Shown here piece by piece: positions 1 to 13,135 of a stretch of 64,000 bases of DNA. The position numbers and the translations under genes were made by a program. Positions within the stretch are counted from its first letter, which is position 1; the number at the start of each line of letters is the position of its first letter. The stretch covers positions 16,094,871 to 16,158,870 of the forward strand of contig JAUZTB010000066.1 in the NCBI GenBank assembly GCA_034780895.1. The letters are read 5' to 3'. The notes beneath the pieces are model-generated. The model was not told where the DNA came from and ran no database searches. It saw only the letters and a list, made by a program, of their open reading frames with translations. This DNA comes from Rhynchobatus australiae. Lineage: Eukaryota.

Positions 1-3000
1 CGGGGCCCCCGGGGGGGGGGGGGGCGGGGGGGGGGGGGGTGGAGGGAGTGTTGAGTGAGGTGAGTGGTGGCAGGAAACGTAGCCCTAATTTTGTCGAACT
101 CAATGCAGTAATACATTTTACTTTGAAGGACTGTTGCGGCCTTGCATAAACTCTGTAAGCAGCAGCAGTCTTGTTTGTGTTAAGTATTAAAGGAAGCTTT
201 CTTTCGCAAAGTAGTCCCACCTTGGGCATGTTTAATTTTATGAAGGCTGAAGCAATTCTGCTTTTTTTTAAATAATGTAATTTATATAATTTTGGTTTGA
301 AGTGCAGAATTTGAAGATTACAACAGAGAAATTTGCAAGCAATTTTTTTCTTGTTTATAGTTAATCAACCTTTTGCTTTTAAAATAAAACCTAATAATTT
401 GGGTTGTTCCTTGCACTGTGCAATCTAATTATTTTAAGGGATACTGCTATGTGTATTTTCAAGTTGGCCTTGGTAAAGTTTGAGGGAATACCTGAAGCAA
501 CCCACTTTCAGTATTTGTGCAGGGTCTTCAGATAATTACCTTCTATGTTTTGTTTACATTTATTGACTCAATGCTTTATTTCTGTTTTATGGTGATAAGA
601 ATTTCTATTTTTGAACAAAACCATAATTTTTTTGTGTAGTTCATTGTCCTTGAGGTGATGTGATAGAGGCTGATAAAGCTCCTCTTTTCTGGGGATCAGT
701 GGAGGTGTGAAGATTTGCTTGGAGTCCCCCAAGAGTGTGCTGGTGGTTACAGAAGTCCCTCATAAATATTTTCAGGTAGTCTCTGAAAGTATGTCAATAT
801 TTGTAAGATGCCTCCATGTCAAAAGTTTCAAAACCATTATTATACAAGATGCTTTAACACATAATTTGATATCAACCATCTCCTCCCTCAGAGCAGTACT
901 GCTTAAGGCAAGTGATTTACATGGTTTGACATCCTGCGACAAATCAAGTGGTTTTTGCAATCTACTGTGACTAGTGCAATTGTATTAAAATTTCTTAACG
1001 GTCTTGTTTCCAAAGCAGAATCTGATCATGACGGCACAGTGCTGTATTCCTATTACTGTGTCAATTTAAAAATGTTCCCTCTGGAACCCTTCTAGTCATC
1101 AATCTGCACACTATGGTTAAATGAACTGTTAGTGCACTGGAGCTGACAATAGATGACCTACAAGGTAACCAGATACTCTGCAGTTTCAAGTGATCAGATA
1201 GTGAACAGTGCCATGATGAGCAAGTCTCGCCATCTTGTTTTATAGNNNNNNNNNNNNNNNNNNNNNNNNNNNNNNNNNNNNNNNNNNNNNNNNNNNNNNN
1301 NNNNNNNNNNNNNNNNNNNNNNNNNNNNNNNNNNNNNNNNNNNNNTATAGTAGTATTTCTTCATGTGGCCTCCTGAGTCCAACGTTAAAATGGCAGAACT
1401 GATGGAAGTTTTGCACTACTACTGGCTCCCTCACAAGATTTATTTGCAACACAGTTCCTTTTAAGATATCCCAAGAAACTTGCTGAGGGTCTTCTGAAAA
1501 CAGGTACCAAAAGAGAGTTTACAAAGATTTGCAATGCAATTGAAGGGAAGGGAGTAGAGGAAGTTGACAGAAATGAGCACTGCTGAAGGAGATGCAAATG
1601 GGACGTTGTCAGCTGAAGGCCAGGCTGCAAATGGCAGAGTAAAAACAGGAGACAGAGATGTGGATGTCTGGAGTACAGTGGTTGTGCACTCTCGAGCAGT
1701 TGTGTAGATAGAGAAGCTGCAAAGTAGACGAGTATAAATATACGTAAGTATTCAATTTGTGGCTTTTGGTAAGCTGTAGCGAGAAAAATCACCAATTCTA
1801 GAGGTTGTATATTATGTACTGAGCTGTCGTCATGGTAGAACTCGCCTCTGGTTACCACATTCTTGCTTCCTCTTGATACTCCAACTGGTGCTGCAGTTGA
1901 GACCTGTTTGGGAGATGGTGGAAAATTGTATGTCATCTTGCGTTGTTGCAGCTGGCTATCTCATGTCACAAGGTTTTTAGCATTTCAGTTTGCTTCTCTA
2001 TTTCGATTTGCTGCATTTTGTTTTTAGATGTACTTCAGATTCTTGCTTCAACAATTTGAATTTATTTAAACACATTTTAATGTGGTTAAAAATATCCCAA
2101 GTCAATACTGGGATATGTTGAGTTAATAAGCAAAGCAACTTAATTGTGACTGACTCTCTGGTTCTGGCGCCTTTCCAGTGGAGTTGCAGAAAGGAATATC
2201 TACCCATACTTAGGACAACTCTACTTTTTCAAATCCTGACCCTTACCATATCAAGTCTGCTTCCACATTCGACTCTACCTCAAGCTTTTGCCATCTCGGA
2301 ATTCTTTTTCTACATTGCTTTCCAACTGATCTCTGCATTCCATAAATTTGTATTTTCCATTTTTATTTTGCCCATCTATTGGTGGAAGATGTTTACTTGT
2401 TTCACTTTCAGTGATTGGACCTCAAGTCCTTCTGCCTCTCACTTCCTTTTCAGAAATCTTTTGGTCATTTTTTTTTTAGTTGTCTCTTAACTCCTTTGGA
2501 GGTTGAGAATCTGTTCCCTTCTTCTGTGAAGCTCGTTCTCTGTTGGGGATGTTAAATAAATGCAAATGGTTTTATTAGATTTAAGTAACTGCCAATCAAA
2601 ATGTCAGGTGTGACCAATTTTGCTGAGACGGATTTTGTGCAACATGGTTTTGTTAGCACGAGTGATAGAAAGCCAGCCAGTCATGACTCACCCATTACAA
2701 TGATCTTTTAACAGTTAAGCAGCTAACAAACCAGTTAACCATTATAAATGTCAGAAATTCTGTGGACTCAGCTTTGCAGCAAAGATTTTCAATAATGGCA
2801 CGACTTCTGATACAAAAAGTGTATATTTGAGTGGGGGTTTCCAATTCATTTTTATTTTCCTGAATTGCAGTTGCTAATTTAAAAAAAAATGACAATGGGT
2901 TTCCTTCTTGGACTGCTGTAGTCCTTACAATTATAATTCCACAGTATTGTTGAATAGGTAATTCCAAGATATTGGCCTAGGAATGGCATTGTGAGTGAAT

Positions 3001-4202
3001 GGGAACTCTGGGTTTGAGTAAGCAGTCATGTCTGTCTTTGCCATATTTGGAGAAACTTTATAGACAAAATGAGCAATAAGCTTCAGGAATTAATAATCGA
3101 TGCATTCCTAGAGATGAATGAAAATACTCATAAGTTGGCATCCAATCGTAACAAAGCAGATAAAGGAACAGGTAGATGTCATTCATGTTAACAGCAATTC
3201 TGTGCAATTATATAGTCTTGCAGAAATGGCAATAGATATTGCCTCACAAAGTCATGTTCTCATGACAGTTGCAAAGTAGGCTTATTGCACTGAGCCAGGT
3301 AAGTCGGAGGAAATTTCAGGTACAAAATCCAGGTCATCTAGACCTCGTGCGGTTTTTCCACTAACCGAGCAGCCACCCACCACAGCTCTCCCAACAACTG
3401 GAGCACTGAGGAGAGTGCCACTTGTCCGAGGCATTCACGGAAATTCACTAGTGGTATTTGCCCCCAAAAAGCTTGCTAAACATGCATGCCAGTTTTAAAA
3501 GAAACCAAATTATTGCAGTTTGCATTCTTTTATTGTGCAGTAAAGGGACCATCAGTTGTGCAAGAGCAAATATCCACATCCTACCCAGAAAAGTAAACGT
3601 GGTAGAAAGTTATGATTTTGAGCCTTTTTCTTTGAAACAGAAAAGGACACCTGTGGTTTTAGTTCTGAGCTTGCACACCCGGGTCCATGTTTTAAATGTC
3701 TGCAGTACTACGTTGGAACTTTGACTGGCTCTTGAGTTCTGGAGGTTGTTTAATGTGTTGCCATTCCTTTGCCATGTCTCCAAAGATTCTGCTTCCATCC
3801 ATCCTTTACCTTCAGAGAGCTTGACTGTGTTTGAGCAGATACCGCGTGAATAATAGTCCTTTCTTATATAAATAATAAATGAACAAGTGGCCACATAGAT
3901 TTACAGCAAAGTCCTCTACAGTGTGGAACCCATTAGTCTGCCAGACCTATAGTTGGCTGTACTTGACCATAAGACAGATCCAGGCCTTGGGCTGCTGGAC
4001 TTGTGTGATAGCTGTGTGTTTTTCTGGAAGGGTCCTATGGTATAATTGAGGTTTGTGATGATTGTTGACAATGTTGTGTATTGTGACTAGCTGATTATTG
4101 CAACAGGTCATCTTAACACAATAAAATGCATCATTCATCACTGATGCACCTGACCTTAAGCATGGGCTACTTTTCAGCTCTCCGCACATATCTGATCCTT
4201 GT

Positions 4203-4455
4203 ATGTTAGTTCAGCTCAATAGGCCACAGTCTTGCTGCAGAATAGGGCAGCCGTGAGTTCCAGTCCTACTCCAGAGCTTCTAAATGTAAGCCAATGTTTC
4301 AGCATTGAAGAGTTGTTGCTTTCTTAGAGGTGCTGTTGTTTGAATTAAGCATTAAGCTGAACTGCTTTAACCTGTTTTCATAAAAATAAAACCAGTGGCA
4401 TTATTGGAAAAAGTGGGTGTTCTCATTGTCCTGGCCATTGTTTCTCCATCAACAG
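4203..4455 (+). mobile_element. Degenerate tRNA-derived (Deu-type) SINE
   Basis: Decayed A/B-box head (agttcagctcaatagg...gagttccagtcc) and body ending gtcctggccattgtttctccatcaac. Similar to the copies at about 39880 and 58030. Confidence 0.55.
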
Positions 4456-5044
4456 TTTCATTGCCTGTTTTTGAGGTCGGGACCGCTACAAATTGGCTTC
4501 TTTGTCTCCACAACAAACACTGCATTTCGAAGTAATTCGCAGTATGTGAAGAGTAACAAGATATTTCGAGCAGATGAGACACCACGTAAACACCTTCTTT
4601 ATGTTATGCCTTCAGTGCTGGAATACTGAAATCTGCTTTTTCAATGCCCTCTGCTCAAGGCTGTCCTCTTGTTCTCCTCCTCCACAACATGCCGCTGCTG
4701 CTGCAACCATGCTGAGGAGTTGAAAGCTCCTCTGTATGATTCACCGAGTCAGTGCTTTGGTGACATTGCAAAAATCTTGCCCTTTATTTGACTGCTTCGT
4801 ACCAGGTCTGGGTTTAATTAGAGTGTTCCCTTCCACTACACGATTCAGCCTGACGGACCTTCATTTTCTTGCATTAATTTTTGCGACTACACATTAGGAA
4901 GAGCGAGCAAAGCCTAAAATCCACCTAACTTGTCCAAATTGATCAAACATTTGGCTCAGACCAGTCACTTGAGATGTTTCATTGTTTGGTAATAATATGG
5001 GTGTCAAGCCTGTTAGAAAACAAAATGCTTCTTCACTGGAGATT

Positions 5045-5810
5045 CTTCTTCTACTAGGTGGTCCCCCAGGATTGAGGACGACTTGCTTCCATTCTAGTTA
5101 TGTGGGTTCTGAGGTGAACTGATGGAAGCCACTGTGGGGGAACTGCAGATTCTTCGACAGGTGAAGCCAGAGGATGCTGATGGAGTAGGCTAGTAGGTAG
5201 TTTGCGAGCCAGTGGGCTCCTTCTGATGTCTGCTCCTTCTTTTGTATACCCTGTTGCATGAACTTTTGATTCCCTATGCTATCCTGAATTCCCCTTTTCC
5301 ACTTTGAGCTGAGATTCCCAGCAGTTAGTAAGGATGTTGCAGTTTTTTCAGAGTGGCTATGAGCAGATCCTTGAGTCTTTTCATCTGCATGCCTATTGAT
5401 CTCTTCTTACGACAGAGCTTAGAATAGTGTCTGTTTCAGGAGTAAGGTATCAAGCATATGAATGATGTTGCCTGCCCAATGGAGCTGACTGGCTGTAACT
5501 AGGGCTTCAGTGCTGCAGGTATTGGCTCACGAGGGCACTAGCATTGGTTCCTGTGTCCTTCCAGTGCATTTGGAGGATTTTGTGAAGACAGCATCCAGGG
5601 TGTCTTGAGATACATGATGTAGGTTGTCCAGGTTTTTAGAAGCTTATATAGGAGGGCAGAGGATCACTGCTGCCTGGTGGACCCTGAGTTTTGTGCCAGG
5701 TCTGAAGTTTTGATCTTCAAGCACCCTTTTCAATCAACCAAATGTTCCACTGGCATATTGATGACAATAGTGAACGTCTTGATTGATGTCTACCTTTGCT
5801 AAGAGATCCT
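5045..5810 (-). mobile_element. RTE-clade LINE, 3' fragment
   Basis: Antisense CLHKILQMHW and QNFRPGTKLRVHQAAV-like peptides from the RT C-terminal region. RTE-type 3' end (agaagaa repeats on the minus strand). Confidence 0.7.
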
Positions 5811-5999
5811 TGTAAAGAGACTTTTGGCTACTGTCCTAAGAAGAACTAGGACTGGCTTGATGAGAATGGCCAGGTGATTGAGGAGCTATTAACTACAAGC
5901 ATTAAGCATTCCTGGATTGAAAGCTCCACCATTCTTCAAAAGGGGAAAAAAAAGAGAAACAGTTCCTCGTGACCAGAAGAACAGATGGTGGAAAGAAAG

Positions 6000-6360
6000 A
6001 ACACAGGAGGTTCAGCAACAACAACAGTCATGATGTGTTCAAGACAAGACTACATCTGGGTCAAATGCCAAAAGTCCCCACTGCACTCTGAGCGAATGGA
6101 CAAGTATCGAGGCAACTGATGCCCACTGGAAATTGACTCCTCCCACTGCCTGAAGAGCCTGATTCCAAATCACATTGTGGATTCCGTCCATCTAGAAGTA
6201 CAGCGGACATCATCTTTACCATGCAGCACCTCCAAGAGAAATGCAAGGGACAGCACCGACCACTAACATGTGCCTTTTGACCTCATTAAGCCCTTTGACT
6301 CCAGAAGATACTGTGGAGCACTCTCCTCAAAATTAGCTGCCCACAAATTTGTCTCTGTCT
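6000..6360 (+). mobile_element. RTE-clade LINE reverse-transcriptase fragment
   Basis: Encodes CGFRPSRSTADIIFTMQHLQEKCKGQHRPL...FDLIKPFDS (RT motifs 2-3), degenerate. Confidence 0.8.
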
Positions 6361-7239
6361 TGCTTAAATTTTATTTTTACATTTAATTTTTCTTAACAGG
6401 AGCTCTACTGCAACCTTTTCCACAAGCCCAAAGCATTCTAAAACTGACACCTTAAGTCTTTTCAGTGTTTAAAACCCTTGATCATTGACACTTGAAAAGC
6501 CATGTACCTGTAGTGTAACCACCTGTACATGGAGATTCCCACCACAGAATGAATAATCCTCTGTACCAGCAAATAACCAATCCTGAAAGTGTTGTCTTTA
6601 ATGACCCCCTCTGTCTAGAACTTCTGCTCACTTACTTACGTCTGCAGCCTAAATATTGCTGTTTATGACAATGGTCATTATTTAATAATACCCACCCCAG
6701 TACACTGAAAGTAAATGGGTTAGTCTCTCAATGCAAGTGAGATGCAGGGACAGGAGGGAGTGAAGTGGTCATGTTAATATTTTGTAAAATAATATTAAAG
6801 CATTAATTTCTAGTATCGTACATGCCACCCACGGGACGAAAATGGAGTTGGATCCGAGAACTATAAATGATGATCTTGGCTTTCTTAAGGGTCAAACAAT
6901 ATTAATCAGAAATGTTTCTTAAAATAGCAATTTTTTTTGAGAATTGGATATTTTCTTAGTCCAAAGCAGTTAGCATAATCTGAACCATGAAGGAGGTAAG
7001 GGACAGAAACAAAAGGTTGCTAATGAATTTTGATTCGAATCAGAGCAGTCTGTACTCGTCAGGGTGGCAAACTTGTAATTTAACCTGCTCAAAAGCATCT
7101 CCTGGCAAGTTAAAATAACACTAAATGTGTGTGAAACTAGTACTTCATTCAGCTAGAAATCTCTCATTTTGAAGATACCTTTATTTTACTGCTTTACATT
7201 GATTTTTTTTGTTGGTAAAAAACAGTATTAAGGATTGTC

Positions 7240-7490
7240 ACTCCCTTAATATAGCAATACTTAGACCATCTTGCACTTTTTTTGTTCTAATTGTGTTCTT
7301 CAGTGCATAATTTTTGTATAATTTATTCTTAATTTATGTTTTTCTTGTGAATGTTGTGTGTCTGATGCTATGTGCCTGTAACACTGCTGCATGTAAGTTT
7401 CTCATTGCACCTGTGCATGCGTGTACTTGTGCAGATGACAATAAATCTGACTTTGACTTTGAAACTCAACTTTTTGACTTTTGACTTTGA
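7240..7490 (+). mobile_element. Rex1/Babar-type LINE 3' end
   Basis: tgtacttgtgcagatgacaataaa followed by a (ctttga)n tail. Matches the 3' end of the RT-bearing copy at 38100-38940. Confidence 0.7.
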
Positions 7491-8147
7491 CCACCCTCTG
7501 TACCTTCACTCCTATCCAAGATGATAAAACACCAGTTGGTTAAAAAGAGATTTCTTCAAGTGTGGAAATTCTGTCATGGATTTTAACTTGAAGTCCAAGA
7601 ATAAAATTAAACTATTTTATTTAGTAATTAAACAAATTTTTATGTTTGGTACAGAATCCATGGCTATTTTAATCCCCAAGTTCTTTATGTGATTTGTGTC
7701 CAAGTTATGCCAGCCAAAGTAAGCCATTCTGTCCTTGATATGAAAGCTTCTACTGGAAATCTGAAATAAAAACAGAAAATGCTGCAAATACTCAGCTGGT
7801 CGGGCAATATCTGTGGAGAGGGAAAGGATCAATGTTTCCCATCCATGGCCTTGGAAAGATCATCGATCTGAAACATTAACTCTGTTTCTTTTCGTGCTTT
7901 CTGCTGGGTTTGTAGGTTGTGGTCAGGGCTCCTACATGAGTCACTACAGTTGGTATTTATGGTTCAGAAGGTAGGAAAAGAACAAGAATCCCACTCTCAG
8001 ATTTAATGTCCTATACATTCGAAAGCATGAGCTTCTGTGCGGAATATGGTCTGCAGATAGAATGGGATCCAGCGGGGATGCCTTCCGTGACCACTACACG
8101 TGAGCTTACATGGAAAGAGATATTAACCAGTGAGGTGCCAAAGAGCT

Positions 8148-8520
8148 GCAGCCAATGTGAAACTACAACAAGAGTGCCATGGGTCAGCATCTTGGGTTAA
8201 AGAAGAGATAAGAAGGTAAGAACAGGATGGGATAAAGCAAAATCACCAAATTTTTGGCAAATCTGTTTTTATTTTGTTTTCGCACACATGCTGTCTGTGT
8301 CTGAATATATCTGAATTTATTTTGTGTTCACCTTAAAAAGGCTTTTGTCTCCATAGTGCTAAACACCATTACAATTTGCATTGCTAACTAGAGGTGAGAC
8401 CAGTTAAAGTAAAGAGAGGTCAAATCACAGACTATTGCTATTAAACAGCAACAGAATGCACATACAGTGACAGGGACACTCTTTGCTGTCTTGGAAGGTT
8501 TTATAGGGCAGCAGTTAGTC
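8148..8520. repeat. Diverged ~370-bp direct repeat, copy 1 (partner 15129-15480)
   Basis: Shared blocks gccaatgtgaaact, catcttggg, tctgaatttattttgt, gtgctaaacac, ggtcaaatc.cagactatt, aaacagcaacagaatgcac, tttgctgtcttggaaggttttatag. Confidence 0.85.
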
Positions 8521-10833
8521 ACTGTAGGAATGCTGAGATGTATGCAATAACCTTCAGGCAGCATAATTTCTATTAATCAGCTCTGGGGTCATTGGCAGAA
8601 CACACAGAAATCTGTAGTGGGGGATGGGGGAGAAATAAGGAAAGGCAACCACTGAAACCACGTTCTTTCTCAATTCTTTCAAATCCACTGGGCTCGTAGC
8701 AGTTTGTCGCCTCATAACAGGTTCAGAATGACTGCCTTAAATAGTATGAAATGGAAAGAACTGAACAACTGTGGTACCACACACACAAAAAAAAGCCCTG
8801 GGCTACAAAAACACTGGCATTTTGGGAGTGAAATTGCTTCTGTTAATTTAAGAGGAAAAAAAGAGGCATGAATACAAAACAGGATTCGGTCCTTGCACCA
8901 ACTTTATCATTTCCTTTGTATTTACTTTGAGATTCTAAGACTCCATAAAGGTTCAGTTTATGGCATGGCCCTACTGGTTTAAAAAAATGTATTGTCAGTA
9001 GTAACAAGATAGGTATCTGATTCTTCAGGTACCTTTATTACTAACAAAAAAACCCTTAGAATGGGATAAATTAGTCTTGGGGGTTATTTTGCATTAGGGA
9101 TTGAGATTTTGTGTGTGTGTGTGTGTAGACTGTGCTGGTCACTTCCATAATATTGAGAACAGCATGAGCTGTTTTCAATTGTGACAGACATATCTATGTA
9201 ATTTTACTTATAGTGAGTATTTTGTTCATAGTCTGGATCGAAAGACTTTGAGTTTTGTTCCATTTTATATAGTTTGAATATTTGTAAAATTGGGATCATG
9301 TGCCTTTAAGGATAGAGAACCTTTTCAGTTAATTGAGAAGGGAAAGGATAAGAAACACATGAGGATTTTACAGAGCTAGATGGGACAATTGTCACCCCTA
9401 NNNNNNNNNNCCTTTTGAAGTGATTTGGTATAGATTATTTTGATGATAAGGAATATATAAATTTTTGATTCTGGGAACCTTTTTGTAGTATACAGCTCCA
9501 GGAGAGAAATCCAGCTGCTGTTGAGTTGAATCATGCTGACATTTCAGAATTTCATACATCCATCATCTACTCTGCTGCTGGATTTGTCACTTTTAAAACA
9601 AAAAAGGTGGAACAGTGTCATGCTGAAGAGAGAAACTGGTGGACTTCACATCTGGTCCCTCAGTTTTATGCCAGGAAACTTTAAGATGTTGTTACCTGAC
9701 TGCTGGACTGTAAGATTATTTGCATTGGCATTCCTGACAAAGCTTCTCTCCCAGATTTTATTCCGTGTTAGGGACTAGCCATGTGCTTGTGAACTGCTGA
9801 ATTTCCAGATCAAAATGATGCTGTGAAATATGTTGGTTTTTGAGGGTGAATGGAGATGGTGTGCTCAGCTTCCCAATGGGACTGAGAAATGTTTGCTGTT
9901 TTTGGATTAAAAAGTGAACAGCTAACTTCTTTTGGGGTTTAAAAAAAAATCATAAAGCTTTTGCTCATTTCTTGCTGAATGATCTGGAGCTTGCCTGGAG
10001 ATCAGTGGTTGGATTTAAGGAATGGTGAATGCAGACTATGCATTTCTATTTTCATTCTCTTCTTTCACCTAATTTAGCTTCACACAATGTCTGTCATTAC
10101 AAGAGACAGTTTGGCACATTGGGCTTGTTCCTGAAATCTTCTATTTCACACAAGGGCTTGCGGTTGTGCTACCAACACCATGTCCCTCATTGGAATACAG
10201 TAATAGTAAATTTATGGTGACCTCATTCAATGCATGGAAACCTGAGTGTTTGACAGTACATGAGCTGTCAGGGCATTCTGTCAGTGGAGCTTCTGGATGC
10301 CAGGATGGTGTTCAGAGCTGTCTTTGTCCTGCAAANNNNNNNNNNNNNNNNNNNNNNNNNNNNNNNNNNNNNNNNNNNNNNNNNNNNNNNNNNNNNNNNN
10401 NNNNNNNNNNNNNNNNNNNNNNNNNNNNNNNNNNNCCTCTGGAGGGTGACAGTCCTTATCCCTGTGGTGAAAGACCAAACCTTCACTTTGAGTCTATGAC
10501 CCCCTGGTTCCAGATTATCCACTCAATCCTTTCATCTATCTCGTCTCGTCCAGTTTCTCAAGTTCTTTCTCCTCCTGATTCCCTTATTCCTTCATTCAAT
10601 GGTATCCAAAGATCAATGTTACTGCTTTGTTCTCCACTTATTATCTTCAGTGGGATAACCAGGATTTGAATGGATCTCACATTGCAAGGTTATACTTGTA
10701 GTTATACTTGACCAGACTTGGCTCACCTCAGAAAGAGAGAGTGAACTGTGCAGACGCTGTAACCAAGGTTTTGATTCAACTGCAGTTCAGCAAGCAATTA
10801 TCCTCAGCCCATCTTGATCCTTCCATTACTTAC

Positions 10834-11027
10834 TTGGGACATTGTCCGAGCAGCAGTCGGAGCGATGGAAGGTCACCTTTGGCTGCAGCGTAGTGCACGG
10901 GAAGGGCTCCGGTATCTGTAGCTGCTCTTGGGTCACTGCTCCCACCTTTCAATAACCACTCTGTGATACTGTGATGCCCAAACCATGATGAGAGGTGCAG
11001 AACTGTAGCCCCAGAGCTGTCTTTGTC
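10834..11027 (-). CDS. ESPN: Isolated espin-family ankyrin-repeat exon (equivalent to ESPN exon 2), 194 bp; its placement here may be an assembly artefact
   Basis: tttgcag|GAC AAA GAC...CCC AA|gtaagt. Encodes [64 protein letters not shown], which closely matches the espin ankyrin segment [18 protein letters not shown]...[13 protein letters not shown]. No other espin exon was recognised in the window. Confidence 0.8.
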
Positions 11028-11749
11028 CTGCAAAATGCTTTAGGTGTGGTGGATCCTTTTGCCTGTTGCTAAACATCTGGAACAAGTGTGGGCAGGCAGT
11101 GCAGATGGCAAGTCTAGACAGTAGGCTGTGTTGAGGATGGTCCAATCCATCTTTGTATGGTTTACAGACCATTTCCCATGGTGTTCATCTGTTGTTTACA
11201 GTGATTTTGTTTTTACAACCTGCATCAGTACTCTCAACAAACCAACAGCAACCACTTAATTGTAGTTATTGAGTGATGTACCAAAAACTGGGCTCTGCAA
11301 TTCCACAATAAGATGCTTTCAAATAGCATTGCTTCAGAGTAATTTTTATAGGCACTTTTTAATAGTCCCTCTTAGTGCACCAACTAGTATATCACTTTCT
11401 GGTCCTGGTTCCTTGGAATAGACAACATTTTTCCTACCTTAAATTAACTGGCCATGTTGTTAGCTGAGACTTTGCTTTTTTTTGCCTTGCGTTGGACTGT
11501 CTCTAATTATACTGGTGGGACATTGTGTTATTCGTCCTGCAGGAAATGGCCCAAGGTTGTGCTTGAGCCTTCTCCCAGTTTGAGTAGTTCATGGTTTATC
11601 AAAGTAAACAGTATTTTTGAATTTGTTTTTCTCTCTTATGGGAAACTTAATCTATGCAGATTGTTCTCCAAGTTCTCTGACAGATTTTTGGGCAAATGTG
11701 GATGTACAACTCAGTGACCGAGAGCTCAAAACACAGTCACAGTTGCAGA

Positions 11750-12040
11750 AACTAGAGTTGTAGAATGATACTGTGTGGAACGGGCCCTTTGGCCCATTGA
11801 GTATGCTGATCATTAAGCACCCATTTTATATGAATTTTATTCTAGCCATTTTATTTTCTCCACAAGTTCCTATCAATTCTTCACCACCCCCAATTCTATC
11901 ACTCACCTACAGGAACAATTTATAGATGCTAATTAACATACCAACCCATATGTCTTTGGGATGTGGGAGTAAATCAGAGTATTCAGAGGAAACCAACATA
12001 CTCACAGGGAGAATATACAAACTCCACACAGGCAGCAACT
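11750..12040 (-). mobile_element. Degenerate V-SINE with CR1-like tail
   Basis: Reverse complement of the V-domain (tgtctttgggatgtgggag...gaggaaacc...caaactccacaca) plus the CR1-type tail ggccctttggcccattgag. Confidence 0.7.
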
Positions 12041-12768
12041 GGGATTTTGGATGATGTCAAGCAAATAATATTACTTCCACCAAAGTATCTGTTTGACGTG
12101 TCTGTCGGATTTAAGTGATGAGCCAACTGTCTTTATCGTCCAATTAAAAGGCAGCATGCTCCACTTCAGCACCATTGAAACAAAATTATTATTGGGCCTT
12201 GTGACAAGTTACGGAATTGACATGTGTATCCTACTTTGGAAATGCAGAGAAAGAAAGAGAGGGGTGTGGTGTTTGAGAAATGTATATACTGCATTGATGG
12301 ATTTATACTCAGGGTGGGTGTTCCAGGTGTAGTGGTAAACAGGAATGGAAATTAAATGTGAAGGCTGTGTTTCTTTCACATCCATGGTTGATATTGCACT
12401 ATGGGGTATAGGAATTTAGTTACTGATTCACTATCAGTTTTTAAAGTATGATTCCAGCAGATGGTGACTAAAATTGTAACACAAGTGCTGACCTCTAATT
12501 ATTTTCATTATTTTAATGAAAGTTCAAAATGAGTCTCTTCATTATAAATGGATTGAAGCTGATGGTGCAGAATGAACAAAAGAAATATACAAGTGTGATT
12601 GCAATCCTCATCTTGTGGATGGTGTTTGCTGTGTCTTGGTAATGTGCTGGTAAACCATTCACTAACTCAAAATGCACTTAAAATGAGTCTGTTTTCATCT
12701 TTTCTGCTTCTTCTTTAATATCACTAGCATAATGATATTACTTTGCAACCCCCTTGTGTTGCCTGGCT

Positions 12769-13135
12769 GAGTGGTTCCCAGCTTGTGATCTGTGACCTCC
12801 CCCAGCCCTTGGGGGATTTGCTGGGGGATGAGGTTTTGGGTAAGGGAAAGAGGACAATGATTACAGAGGGTTCAAGAGGTTTCGATAATATTGAAATAAT
12901 TTAGTTGCAAAGTTCACAAAGAAAGTAAAGATAATAAATATTTGCTCGGCACACTGGAAGCTCTGGGTGTAGGGCTTCCAGCATTCCTGAGGAACCCAGG
13001 AAAAGCCCCAACTCCTTAAAAGGAGGTTCACGATGTCATAGGGTGTTTACTTGGGGGTGGGAAAGATTGGGGTACATTTTAGAGTGTGAACAAGTCAAGG
13101 TATCATGCAAAATGAAACAAGGTTGGGAACCACTG
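12769..13135. mobile_element. Non-autonomous hAT (Charlie-like) DNA transposon/MITE
   Basis: Terminal inverted repeats agtggttcccagct ... aggttgggaaccactg, matching the CAGTGGTTC-type hAT termini. The 8-bp TSD is degenerate. Confidence 0.6.

Noticed and set aside
1-45. G-rich run as a G-quadruplex regulatory element
   Set aside because: A low-complexity poly-G tract at the window edge, prone to sequencing error, with no supporting context.
1385-1936. 183-aa minus-strand ORF as a stand-alone intact gene
   Set aside because: No recognisable domain or gene context. It is better explained as part of the decayed region, possibly partly out of the ancestral frame.
1998-2207. Faint resemblance of KLLCLLTQHIPVLTWDIF to the espin-like C-terminal motif RHLLCFEVFEHLGTHGW
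   Set aside because: Too few identities, and none of the other conserved ESPNL motifs (KERIVxLFLxHW, LDLFMLGYF) were found. Not enough to name the fossil gene.
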